A stretch of DNA of 64,000 bases from Yuukianura sp. NJ FZ-2021 (Eukaryota): NCBI GenBank assembly GCA_046563655.1, contig CM102290.1, positions 5,828,001 to 5,892,000 of the forward strand. Direction: 5' to 3'. Positions 13,316-25,948 of this stretch are shown here, one piece after another; the first letter of the stretch is position 1; every line of letters begins with the position of its first letter. A program made the position numbers and the translations under genes. The notes beneath the pieces were generated by a model. The model saw only the letters and a program-made list of their open reading frames with translations, did not search any database and was not told the origin of the DNA.

Positions 13316-13978
13316 CAACTGTGAATTGATTTCATAACAATTTGCACATTTGAAACAAATTTGTAGAAGTCATTAGGAAGTAAACGTGGTGATGCTGTGA
13401 ATTAAGTTGGAACTAATTCAAGAACAAACGAATTCCACAATTCCTGTTCCACAACTCTCAATCTAATCACGACTCAATTTTCCCTCTCCCGTCAAAATTC
13501 AAATTTCCTCTTCTGCATCTCTTGTTTTGGCAAGATCCAACTTTCCTCCTCCTCCTCCTCCACACAAGGAGGAGGAGGAGGGTGGAGGACCTTGCGAATT
13601 GTGTAATTGCGTCCTAAACCAAACATACTTGACTCCTGCACGTGAGTGAAGGGAGTGACCCACCTTTGAGCGGAAGTCATTCCTCATAAACTCACTGCGA
13701 ATTTCCGCTCCTCCCGCCAATTCCTCATTCATCATTATTCTCCAAGTCAAAATTTGAATAGAAAAATATGTTCTTTTTTCATTTTAAAAAGTAAAGATGA
13801 AGGAAGAGGAAGGAGGATGGAAACGGAAATTGGGATTTGAGTTTCTTTTGTCGTGTGCAGGTAAGAACCTGTATTCTGTTCCATGGATTTCAAATATCTC
13901 TTTCCCGCTCCCTTCCCTAATTCCCTCAATTTTTCTCTCCAACTCCCCGATTCTCTGAATATCCCTCTTCCAATTCCC

Positions 13979-14233
13979 CAAGGTTCCTTGACAACGAAGA
14001 GTTAACTTTCTTTAACAGGTTGGGTACTACCTCGCTTGCTGACAAAAAATAAAAAACAAAAAATTAGTACCACTCTGAAAGATTGGTACCAATTAATGCA
14101 AAATTAAAAACAATTGGCTGTATTGTTACAACTTCGATGCACCGAAATGAAAAGACACTTTTTCTTGCAAAATCGAAAAAAGCATGAGGTATTACCCAAC
14201 GTGTTAAAGAAAATCACAAGTCAACAAACCATG
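13979..14233 (+). mobile_element. ~250-bp MITE, CAAGGTT...AACCTTG family
   Basis: Subterminal inverted repeats ttctttaacaggttgggta / tacccaacgtgttaaagaa; homologous to 19036, 34915 and 59390; interrupts a ~30-bp ccccgattct minisatellite. Confidence 0.85.
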
Positions 14234-17200
14234 CATTCCCCGATTCTGTGAATTTCCCTCTTCCACTCGCCGATTCTAGGAATCTTTCCCTCCAACTCCC
14301 CGATTCTGTATAAATTTGAGTGAGTTTGGGTGGAAGTAGATAGAGTTGTGGATTGTAGTTTCTTGTGCTGGAGAATAATGGGCTGTTAACACTGAAATTC
14401 AGATGGAGTGTTCAAGTGGAGCAACACAAACAAATACGAAATTCCACAAACTCATTCGAAATGGGCCAAAATACATCTTCATCTTCCGCTTTCCCCAACA
14501 GGATATCGGGGCCTTCCACGAACTTGGGCTGTCCACAACCTATGCTCTCTACATTCTGAAACCAAAATGTTACAGAATAGCACGCACAGTCAAATAAATT
14601 TTGGAAATTTTGAAACTTTATACTTCCAAGAGTGTAAACAATGCTTAACGTCCAACTCAAACTCACACGATACAATCAAAACTTTTTTTTAGAGAAAAGA
14701 AGTTTTCCATTTTTTTTTGTCAGTAAAATGGAAAGATGCGTACAGCTGGAACTGTGATTTTTTGTGTAAAAAAAATCAGAAAAGTAGTTTCTCAAATGGC
14801 AGAAAAGATCAGGGGAGAAAAGCGACGCGGGAAAATTCAAATTTGAAAATTCAAAATTGGTAGTGAGCGTAAACTGTAATAGGAGCACGGAAAAACAAAG
14901 TTTTTTCGTGTTCCAAATAAAATTTGTCCTATATTCGTTTTTTTCTGTAGTCGTTTTCGTTTTTGTGCATTTTGAAACGGAGTTCCATTTCCCGCTTTTC
15001 CTGCGTCCCATGAATATTCCACTTTACTTATTTTGTGTTTGTAGTCTTTTCAAATCGTTCAACATCTTCCTTACGTTTCCTCATTGTGCACAAAATTCCA
15101 ATACAACTCTCTTCTTACATCTTCTCAAAGTCTAACACAAACTATAGCACTTTTAGTTTTTTTTACTTTCCAACACTGATATTTTTAGACACCAGCAGGA
15201 AAAACGACGTGTGCGTCTTCAAAAAAACGAAACTTTTTTTTAGTAATTCATGGCTCCTTTTGGGTTTCACTTTCTGTCTCCTCCAAATTTAACAAAGAAG
15301 AGAAAAAGAACTTTTAAAGACAGCGTCTAACAAAACGACTTTGAATTCCAAAATTCTAAAAAGAAAAAGCTTATTTGAACATTTTGAAAAAGTTTCTGTT
15401 CTAACCAACCGTTTCCTCATTCGATTCTTTTTTTAGTCCTTAAGAAGATGAAAAAAGGAGAGAAAAAATGTTGAGATGTTGAAAATTTTTTGAGATGTTG
15501 GCGCATTTTCATTGTCATTTTAATGAATGATTCCTCTTCCATTTCATTTCCTCAACTGTCGCAGTCTTCACTGTTCTTTTTTAAAAAAAAAAAGTTTTTC
15601 TTGGCGGCTAAAAATTATGAATTTAAGCGAAAAGCCTCATCATCCACTTTTTCTTCCAAAAAATATAGAAAGAAAAAACTTTTTCAAAATTTTCAACTTT
15701 CGTTTCCTTCTGTCTAGAAAAAAAGAATTTGAATTTAAATCCTGTCCTATGACTCACTGTCAACTAAAAAGCTAAAAAGCTTTTCATTTGTGAAAAGTTG
15801 AAAAATTCAAATCGTCCCAATTACGAAATGGACTTGATTTCCATGGTTCAAATTCAAATTTTCATGTTTCCCGCCCACTAATGGACAAACTAAGTTGAGC
15901 ATGGACATGTTTGGACTAAAAAGTGTTGTCCTTGTCCCATGTCCACACTTATTTTGTCAAAGGAGGAGTACTAAATATCTCAAAATGGAAATCCAGCATC
16001 AATCCCAACTTGTCGTGCACAAAGTAAAAGTGGACAGTCCCAACTTATCCCAAATGTCCACACTAACTCTGACAAAAGAAGATGACAAGTGAACAATTGA
16101 TTGTTCCCCACATTCCACGGAAACTCCGAATCCAGAGCCATCACGCTCAAAAACTTATGCACTTCCACCCTCCTCCTCCTCCGAGAAACCATTTTCCTCC
16201 TCCAGGGAAATGGACAAACGGAGTTTGGAAGAGAAGTCTGAGGACTCCGACGAATGGGCACTCCAAAAAGAAATGTTGAAAAGTGCGGATATTTTTGAAT
16301 TGTAAGTCTCACTGGAGTCGTTTCCAACTTCCTCACGATTACCATGTCACCATCCATTCACAAACGATCCACTTTCACAACTACTTTCAAACCAACTTCC
16401 AACATGCGTCTTATACGTGCGTATTATACAACAACCCCGCGCGCATTATACAACAATCCCACGCGTATTATACAAACATGTCCTTTCATGCTAACCAACG
16501 TTGGGAACGGTTTTCAATGTTGTCGTTTCTCAATAGTGGAAACGTTTTCAACTTTTCGGTTTTCCAACTTCGAAAACGCCTTTCTGTACCAGAAACGTTT
16601 CTCAACTTCAGAAACGTTTTTTTTTACTTCGGAAACGCTTTTCTTCTTCGGAAACGCATTTCACGGAAACGTTTTTTTGAGCTTCCACTTTCCCGTTCGT
16701 GAAGTTGGACGTTTGGATTTGGTGAAAGTTGTAGAAAAGAGTGAAAGTAATGTTTTAAAATGGCTGCCATTGGGACGGTAAGTCCCAGACTCCGCTTACG
16801 TCTGGATTTGGAAGGTTGGTGAGCCTTGCCTTGTTTCACCTGGCATTTGAAGGGACATTTCCCCAAGGGCCTTGTACGAAGGGCCCCCTCCAAAGCCCTT
16901 GGATTACGCCTTAACACCACTTTCTCAAAAAACAACTCCCTTCTCCTGTGCAGAGTTTGGATTTTTGATTATTTGTGAGTCGGTTGTTCCATCTTCATTA
17001 GAGCCGACAGAGGCTGGAGCAGACGGAGGCTGGGATGCTCAAACTAATTTCAACGGATCTCCCTTCATCTTCTCCAACAACCGAAACACAATTACGATCT
17101 CCCCCTCTCTCTTCTCTTCAAAAACTACAAACTACGACGAAACAAACACAAGTTACAAAAAGAGGAAGTTGGTCCAGAGGTCTAAAAAACCTAAACAATG

Positions 17201-18404
17201 TTCCACCATTTCCATCCACTCACTCTCATCCATTCTCATTATGACAACAGAAACAAGAGGAAGAAGCGGAGTTCACAAAAACAGACTTCCAACACTTTCT
17301 AGCTTTTGCTACTCGACTTTTACTTTTACTCGATTTTTACCACCAAGCTCTGATCACAAATCATAACAGAGGAAAAAATGTTTTCACTGTGTGAGATCTT
17401 TTTCAAGGTTGATTGACTTTTTGAATTTTTCGAGATTTGAGTTTGTGCTGGGTGGAGAGTAAGAGAAATGGAGGTTGGAAAAGAATAAATTGATGTGGTC
17501 CATTTGAATGTGATGAGAGAGGGATTTGGATGAAAGCGACTCCATTTATTCGCTGGGTCAATGGAGAAAGTGGGGATTGAAACGATGGACATTTGCATAA
17601 TGCATTGGAAAGACGCCTGAGTCAGCACACATCCACAACATTACACATAAACACCCTGGCCTCATACCTCACACTTTCAAACAAATTCTACAATTTACTC
17701 ACAATTTGAACCTCAACTCAAAACTTAGATCCAAAACTTAGATTTCTGCACAAAATCTCTGCATTTCCAAAAAGTCCAACAACATGCACAGAGGAACCCC
17801 AGCTAAAAAAAAATTCCTCGGAAAACGATCCGAAATGGCTCCAAACGTCGTAAAAAGTGAAAAGGAAGAAAAAAAGTTCTCGAAAAATTCGACAAAAAAA
17901 AGTTTCTTTACGGGATCCGAAAAACTGTGGGTCCAGTTTCAATGTTTCAAAAAAGCTTAGACTTGTGCACCAATTCCTGCTGAGTCCTGAATAAGGACTT
18001 CTCATATTCAAAAAATAGAGTTGTGCACCAACTCGTGATTGAAAAGCTAGACAACTGCACCGCATGTACCTTGACCTGTTTCTCCCAATGACCCTGACGA
18101 AGTTCCTTGTATATTACGGTGTTAATTGATTTATTTGTGCCCAAGGTCACCGTTTGTTGGCTTACTCGTGTCCATTGGTTGTGGAGGAAGAGAGTGTGAA
18201 TAATATTGGATTATGCACAAAGTGGAGAGATGTGAATGCATAATGGAATGGAAGATGAGCTCAGACTCCAATATTTGCTCAACTCACAAGTCACAATCAC
18301 GTCCGCACCCTCCCCCGACATAACTAATCAGCGGCTACTCTCACTTCCCAACGATCTTATGCCCAGTTATCTCCAAAACACAAGGTCTCACCCACTTCAC
18401 TTTC

Positions 18405-18675
18405 TCCATCCGCCATCTCACACTTTTAGTCTACCTCTTCTATTCATCATCTACGAGGTCACACTCTCTCAACTTCCGCAATCTCTCACATTATTTAGTC
18501 TACTTCAAGGTTTCCTGGAATATCCGCCAATTCCGAGATTTAGTCAACATCCACAGGATTTTCAACAACCTTGAAACCATTTCTGCCCATTCCCACATTT
18601 AGTCTACCCCTACCCATTTGAACTAAAGACTGCCAGGATCTTGGAAATACTTCCGCCGATTCCGAGATTTAGGGA
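18405..18675. repeat. Degenerate ~60-65 bp tandem repeat, about 5 units
   Basis: Recurring tccgcc/ctgccc...cacatt or gagatt...tagtcta motifs near 18409, 18474, 18522, 18583 and 18651. Confidence 0.55.
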
Positions 18676-19035
18676 ACCCCTCGAGTATTTTTTGAAGAGA
18701 AGCCAAGATGTTGGAGTCTGTGATTTGGGGATTCCAAAGTAATGATAACAATTGAGAGAGTTGGGATTAGTGCTAGATCTGCCTTTGGCTCACACCAAAA
18801 TCACTTCAGAGCAATCATCAATCTTCCCTTTCGACCAATCAACTCTTGTACTTCCATCATCTCAGTCTGCACTTTCTGCTCTTCCGACGAAAAGTGTCTC
18901 ATCATCCACCTCCTAATTAAACTACTCTTAATTACACACAATTTCAACACCAGCTTAATTCACCTCCAGCTCCAAAAACCAACAATTATCCAAACTACAA
19001 ATTTTAAAATCTAACCTAACCTAACCAAAAGTACG

Positions 19036-19295
19036 CAAGATTCCTTGACAACCAAAAGTTAGTTTTCTTTGACAGGTTGGGTACTCCCTGGCATGTTGAC
19101 AGAAAAACGAAAAAAAAAAAATTGGTACCAATTTTAGTACCAATCCGAAAAATAGCTACCAATTTGTATGCAAAATTTCGGCTGTATTGTTATGACTACT
19201 ATTCTCTGAAATAAGAGACACTTTTTTTTTGCAAAATCAAAAAAACATGAGGTATTACTCAACCTGTTAAGGAAAATCAAATTCAACAAACCTTG
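19036..19295 (+). mobile_element. MITE, CAAGGTT family copy
   Basis: caagattccttgacaa...ttttctttgacaggttgggtact...attactcaacctgttaaggaaaatc...aaaccttg. Confidence 0.85.
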
Positions 19296-20477
19296 CTCGT
19301 ACGCACTCTGTTTCAAAAAAGTTGCTCCCAACATTTCAAAAGACTATAATTTGAAGGGGATCAAAAAGTAGAGTGAAAGTGGGAGTTGCTTAATGAAATT
19401 TTGCAACTTTTTGGTGAGTGGAATTAGTTGACATGACAATGCGATGGGTCACGGGGTGGTCAGCGATCGAGTCAACCCTGGACTGTCCAACTTCATTTCC
19501 TCCGTTAGTCAATTGATTTACAACTTTCTCCAACTTTCTCTCAACTTCTAACTTGGAACAAACAGGTGAACTGGGAAGTTGAAAAATCGATTTACTTTCC
19601 CTCCAACACACAAAAACAGTTGCGAGTGGAAAGTTATGACATGTACCGTAACTCCTCTGAAACTGAAACTCACGTCAAATTTTAGCTGAAGGGGGTTCGT
19701 TAATTACGGGGGTTCTACGCATTCCCCCCACAACACTACATTCACAACAAACTCTTCACTTTTGAATTTGAAACTCCCGCCGAAATACTTGAAACTACAA
19801 CAATTGTCAAGGGATGACTTCAAACTCTGTCATTAAACGTATCTTAGTCACGTCTATTTTGAATTTTCCCAGAAGAGTAACAAACCCCTCCCCCCACCTC
19901 CTTGTTCCGAACCCCCCAACCTCCCACCCTCTTTGTTCTAAACAATTGAAAGAAGAGTTGAAATAATTTTTATGTTGTTCCCTCAGAATTGTAGTGGAAA
20001 TGAAAGTGAATGCTGGAGGGGGAGACACAAAAGCGGGTTATTTGAAAAGAGAAAATCCTTAAAACAAATCCATTCCAATTTGAAATCCTGTTCATCTCCC
20101 GCTCTCTCTTCCACCATCATTGTGGATGCAACAGGCTAACCTAACCTAAGTCCAAACCTACTTTTGAGCCTAACTGGAATAAGTCCAGGTAGCACTATCC
20201 CATTAGAATATCAATACTCCCCACATACTAATCCACAACCTTCCAGGAACTTCCAGCAGTCGCTTTCACAGGAGCCGCAAGCTACTCCCGCCACTTTCAC
20301 TTCCTTTCAAACACTCCCGCTCAATAACTCCCCCCAAGGTCAAACCTCTTTTCACAAAAATTACCCTATTTTCTCGCACATAATGCTTCTAGTATCTCTG
20401 CATTTCAGAAAAAGATATGAAAAATTGTGTTTTCTCAAAATGCAAAGTGAAATCGACGAAATTGGGTTGTAGCGACT

Positions 20478-20572
20478 GTACATTGCAAGAAAGAGAGAGA
20501 AAAAATACGTGGCTGGAGTGGGATTCGAACCCACATCTCACCTTTCCGGAGTAATCGCTCTCACCAGTCTAA
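20478..20572 (-). mobile_element. tRNA-derived repeat (SINE-like), copy 3
   Basis: Reverse strand ctggtgagagcgattactccggaaaggtgagatgtgggttcgaatcccactccagccacgtatttttt...ttcttgcaatgtac; close to copy 2. Confidence 0.7.
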
Positions 20573-23500
20573 CCTTCTTGCCCTTTAACCTGAATACAAA
20601 GTTTGAAAAAAATTTGGCAAAAGTGTATACATTCAACATTTGGAAAAAAACGTTCAAAAAAACAAACATTTTTTTGTAAAAAGTTCATAATTCATATTTG
20701 AGAATGTGACGTTTAGCGTATGGAGGGGCAGTTAAATTAAACAATAAGGATAAGCATCACCTAGCGTAGCTTTTTAGCCTAATGCAAGTCATCACGCACT
20801 CCGCCCTACACCAATTTCCTCAGAACCTAAACTTTAGACGAAAATGTTAGGTTAGGTTTTTAGTTCCAGGCGAAAAGTGAGGGTTATTCACTTTCTGGAC
20901 AAAAAAGAGTTCCACTTGAACTTAATTTGCTCGATAGAAATGTTTTTGAGCCAAAAAAAAAGTAGAGGCCAAAAAAAAAGTTAAGCGTGGCGCATATTGA
21001 CTTTCGTGTGTTGGTTGGGCTAAAGGTTAAAGAAACAGGAATGACTGAGGCGGGAGGAAGTGAAATGAACTCGTTTTAGTGCATTTCCTCTCTGGATTCC
21101 GAATGACCACATTACAAAACCTAATGAACTATAAATATAAAAACCCGCTTTAAAACTTTTTTCCGGGAGAAAGTTAAGTCGGGGAGAAAGTAGGAGTTTA
21201 CCTTTACTTGTGTCGTTGGTTGGAGATGGACTGTGGTCCATATTTCAGGATCATTGAGCAGTTCCAGTGGCAGTACAAACAAAAGACGACCACTTAACTT
21301 TTAAAACTTTACTTTTTATTTCAAAAAGGACCGAGATGCACAGACTAACAAAGTTTTTCCACAAATACTTTCCGAGATTCAAGGAAAGTTTGGAATTCGG
21401 GAACTTTGTGTCTGAATTTAAGCGGGTTTTAGTACAAGAGTGACCGAGTGCGGTGAACAATGGAGCGTTGTTTCGTCACTCGTCACCGGGCAGACTCGCA
21501 ACAATGAAACAATGGACAATGGCAGTTCCTTCCTTGTAAATTTCTTGGAAGTTGTATCCGCAGTTCCGACTTTTGGCTCCCTCTTCTTCCTTGTTATTAA
21601 TAGAACAATTCCCTACAAATGGATCATTGGATTCGGTTGAAGGGAGTAACTATGTGAGGAAGGTTAGCCTTGCACAAAGGAGTGGGGGCCCTTGGCCCAT
21701 CTCAACTGGACCAACTGAACTTGAACCTTAACGTTGTATTGAAGAGGGAGATTTGAAGGACCGGTTTGGACTGGAGCTGCAGAAAGACTGAGTCAAAGAG
21801 GTTGATGGTTGGAGGCGAGAGGAGGGAGAGAGCCGAGCACTGTGCTTGTAGCCGAAGAGTCCAAACTGGGGAGAGACTTCGTTCGGCTGAAGTTGATGGG
21901 CCAGAGTGGTTGTGGTGCCAGATCGTGATGGGGGAAGGAAGCATGGACGAAGTTAGACAACTCTCACTTCATCCCTCCTCCTTATTCTTTGTGTCCTGGA
22001 AAAAATAGAAACTGTAAGTTGGAAGTAGTGCAGTGATGCAGTGTCAAGGTATGGGAATGCACCTGGTGTCCACCCCAAGTACTGTTGACATGGTTCCATT
22101 CACTTCCGCCTCCCTACAAACAAACTTTAAGTTAGGTACAGCACTTAACCCGCTCAACTACAAAGTATACATTAGTCACCGGCTAATTTCGGCTGGAAGA
22201 GATTGGATTCCGTTGTTACTGGCATCTCTTTTGTCCGGGTAACTCTTTCCTTTAGACGGTGTGACATCGGAGCTACTTCTAGGCACTTCTTAGATGTTGG
22301 AAGTTGTAGCTCCTTAGACGTTGTTGTTTTGTTACTAGACGACATTGTTTCGTTTCCATAACTGATGAGTTGGACACTGGGGATGATTGGTGACGAAGAT
22401 ACGAGAGTGAGATAGTGTCAGCTGGTGAGCAGGGTACATTTTCCTTGGGAACGGCAAGTGATACACCGATTTCCATCCACACTCCACATGGCTCCCATTG
22501 AACTATTCCTGCAACTATTTACAATTAGACTCAACACTACCCGAATTCCTTCCTAATAAGCAACCAACATCTTCTGCAGTACATTAACAGAACAAAGGAA
22601 CAGAAAGAGCAAAGACTTTTGTTGGTTGATCGTACCTTGTTTTCCTGGAGTCTCTGTTCCTCCTAGTCCATAAATAATAAATCAAAAAGTTCCAGTCTTA
22701 AGAGTCCTTGTTTGTGCAACGTTCCAGCAACAACGTCGGATTCCGAATTGAAAAGCACTTGGCAGGATTTGAACCGAGAAACCAAAAAACCAAAAGTTCA
22801 CTTCTACTCCTTCCAGTCTCTAGAACTCCTTGTGTAATTTTCAATTTATAACAAACAATTACCTTAACTCCGATTCTTCTTACCGCATTTCAGCCACTCC
22901 GATTTCTCCATTTCTAATTTTAAACTTCAAGAGTTAAGAAAGAAAGGGAGAGAGAGAAAAGAGAAAAAGTTAAAAAGAGACAAAGAGAGGAAAACATTTT
23001 CTTATTTCTTGTCTTTTTCTTTATCAACACAGCTGTTATGGCGCACAAAATTTGAATCTGTTTCCCGCATAAAATTTGAATTTGTTTCCCGCTCGTACAA
23101 AATTTGAATCCATTTGAAATGTTTCACATTGCCCCAGCTAAATCCCCGTCACCTGCAAGGTTCCTAAACAAAAAAAAAATACATTTCTACACCAGGTTGT
23201 CCAATAACTGGAAGTATTAAAATTTGTTTCAAATCTAAAATCTGCGTTTCTCTGGTAAAAACGACAACCTGTTGTAGGAAATACAATTTGTTGTCGACGA
23301 ACCTTGGTCACCTGCCTCGAGGTCAATGACTTTTGCTTTCTAAAAACATCAAATCCCAACTAAAATTTAAAAAAGGAAGAGAAAGCGAAAGCAAAGATTG
23401 CGAAACTGGAAGTTCTTGTGGAGAAAGGCACTGAGCAATTAAGGGTCTCTGTGAAATTGCACTGGAAATGAAACCGCCACTTTTTTTTCGTTTTTCCCAT

Positions 23501-25928
23501 TTGCTGTTTATTGCGGTATGGGCTTACCCTTTTGAATAATTTAGCAGAGACAATCAAAACCCGAAATGAACTTGGTAGAAAATGATCAAAAAGAGCCATA
23601 AATGATTTAGGCTCAAAAATGATGCCCAACTTATTTCAGCACAAAATTGTCTTCATAAACCAAAATGTGTTTTCACAAAAAAAAAACTTTCTCCATGAAA
23701 AAACATAAAAACTTTTTGGTTAATTTTTCATGGCGAGCGGGTTGAAGGTTCTGCTAATGCTCCTCGAGAGTAAAAAATTTGCAGAGTTGAGTTGAAGTGA
23801 CTAATTTAATCGTGGTTAAAAATAATGTCAAGTTAAAAGTTAAAGTTAGGCACGATTTTATTTGCATTGCGTGATGTCATTTGGGAGTAATCTGCATGCG
23901 TCTACTAATATTTTTCAATTGTCTCAGAGGCGCCAAAGTGGAGACAACTCAAATTCTTCGTCCATGGATAACAAAGTGAAGAGAATTGAATTAAACGGAT
24001 TTCAAACACTGCAAAAATCAGGCTCCAATTTCAAAAAAAAAATCTAATCAACTTTTGCAATTTCACGTTTTCACAGTATAAACCATGCGCACTATACAAA
24101 AACTTGGAATACAACCTAATTCTTCAAAATACTCCACGTTTTTAAACGTATAACGCGCAGTAGTCATGCGTACTATACAGAGAATTCTTAGAATAGCGGC
24201 AATAATTCAAACTTAAACAATGGAAATGTTGAATGTGGGAAATTTAACAATGTCGTCAACTTTTTGTTTAGTTTAACAAAAGTTTAGAATCGTTTTCTAT
24301 TAAAGTGTCTCACCCACTTGACCTTAATGTTTGGATGACACAAAGGTCATGCTTTAAGAGAGAGTTGTTTGGAGTCTCCGCCGGGGGGAAGTGCATTGCG
24401 CAAGACTAAGAATGTTAATAACTAGACTATGTTTGCATTGCATTAGACTCTGATGGTTTTTGTTCATGGAAAAATGTAATGTAATCCAGGTGAGGTTTTA
24501 CTTTGACTCTGTGCAATGTAAATCCAAACACGATTTTTCGCATGGTCATTAGAGTCGTCCTGTGGAGGTGGAATTGTTAATTTAAAGAGTCTGATGAATG
24601 AGATGAGACCCCCCCCCCCACTGCAGACCCCCCCCCAAAAAGGGGGGGGGGGTGTGCAGTGGAGTGGAATACTTGTGGCACTTGACCAATTTGAGTCCGA
24701 ATTAGCACCATCAAAGTGTCAATGTTTTGGCAAATACTTGCCAACTTTGTGGGCAAAGGGAAATTAGCGTGTGGAGGCCTATGAACCCATGAACCCGTGA
24801 ACCCACAAACCCATTACGTTATACCAACTTCATATACTAAAAATCAACTTTTCAAAATTTCCCGCTTTTTAAAAATTGGCGGTCGTAATGAGGTGGACAA
24901 TTGAGATTAACCAAGGAAACAAAATTTTTTTTAGGAAAAGTTTTTTTTTTGTAAAAGCTTTTGTGAGTGTGCTTTCTTGTCATTAGAAAGTTGCCCCTAA
25001 AACCCCGGGGATTTTGGAAATCCCCGGAGGGTAATGAATTATACCCGGGTTTTGAATTGACCCGCCACTTGTTGAACCCTGCTACTTTTTAATATTCAAC
25101 TCCCACTGGACATGACGAACAGAACTCCCAGGCAGACCAGATCCTTAACTTTTTAGTCAGACTCCAGCGATCCCAATCTCACAACTTCTCTTCACGGTCA
25201 TTTGACCATTCCCAGTCACTTTATTGGCCATTTTTGTCGTAGTTCAAATTGCATTTGGCCATTGTGCAAAATTTCACTGTTGCTCAAATTGCAGTTGGGG
25301 AAATTTGCGAAAATGTGACGGTCCAGAATAGTTTTTTGGACCATCCGGATCCACTCCATCATTTTGATGATCATGGAACTTAATGGACTTGTGTCACGAG
25401 GGAATGCATTGTCTCCAGTCTACAACTGTCACACTCTACGCACTACGTGTAACACACGCTTTACGTGTACAATACACGCAATACGTGTACACTTCGGAAA
25501 TACACACTCTGTAGTAGTAGTTGATGATGGATTTGACACGTCAAAATAATTACAGCCTCAGTCACTTCATCATCGCAAGAGGAAGTCTCTGTTCCAAATG
25601 TTTCAAAATTTAGAACATGTTCAAACAAGATTTATTATTCAAAAGTGCTACACTTTGACTCTAGAAATTTAAAAAACTTCACTGTGCGTGTCCTGTCACT
25701 CTTGGGTCGACTCCAATGTCATCGTCACTGACACTTTTCATTGTTTTCCAAAAGTCAGGGTCAACTTAAACACCCATTTTTAACAACAGGACAAACTTAC
25801 TTTTTATCTTTTTCAAATCTCCCTCTCTTCCTCATTTCCATTCAAAGTGTAGCGCTGCTGCTGATTTGGATTCTCTCCCGAATACAAATTCTGTTTTTGT
25901 GGCGCAACTTTTGTAACGGCAGTACCCA

Positions 25929-25948
25929 TCGGTTGCCATGGCAACCGA
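25929..25948. promoter_or_regulatory. Perfect RFX X-box inside a 20-bp palindrome
   Basis: tcgGTTGCCATGGCAACcga; the core 25932-25945 equals the canonical RFX consensus. Function untested. Confidence 0.55.

Noticed and set aside
16760..17366. Possible + strand gene (ATG GCT GCC ATT GGG ACG/gtaagt joined to ORF 16872-17366)
   Set aside because: The best acceptor (16953) gives an immediate stop and the ORF has no protein-like features.
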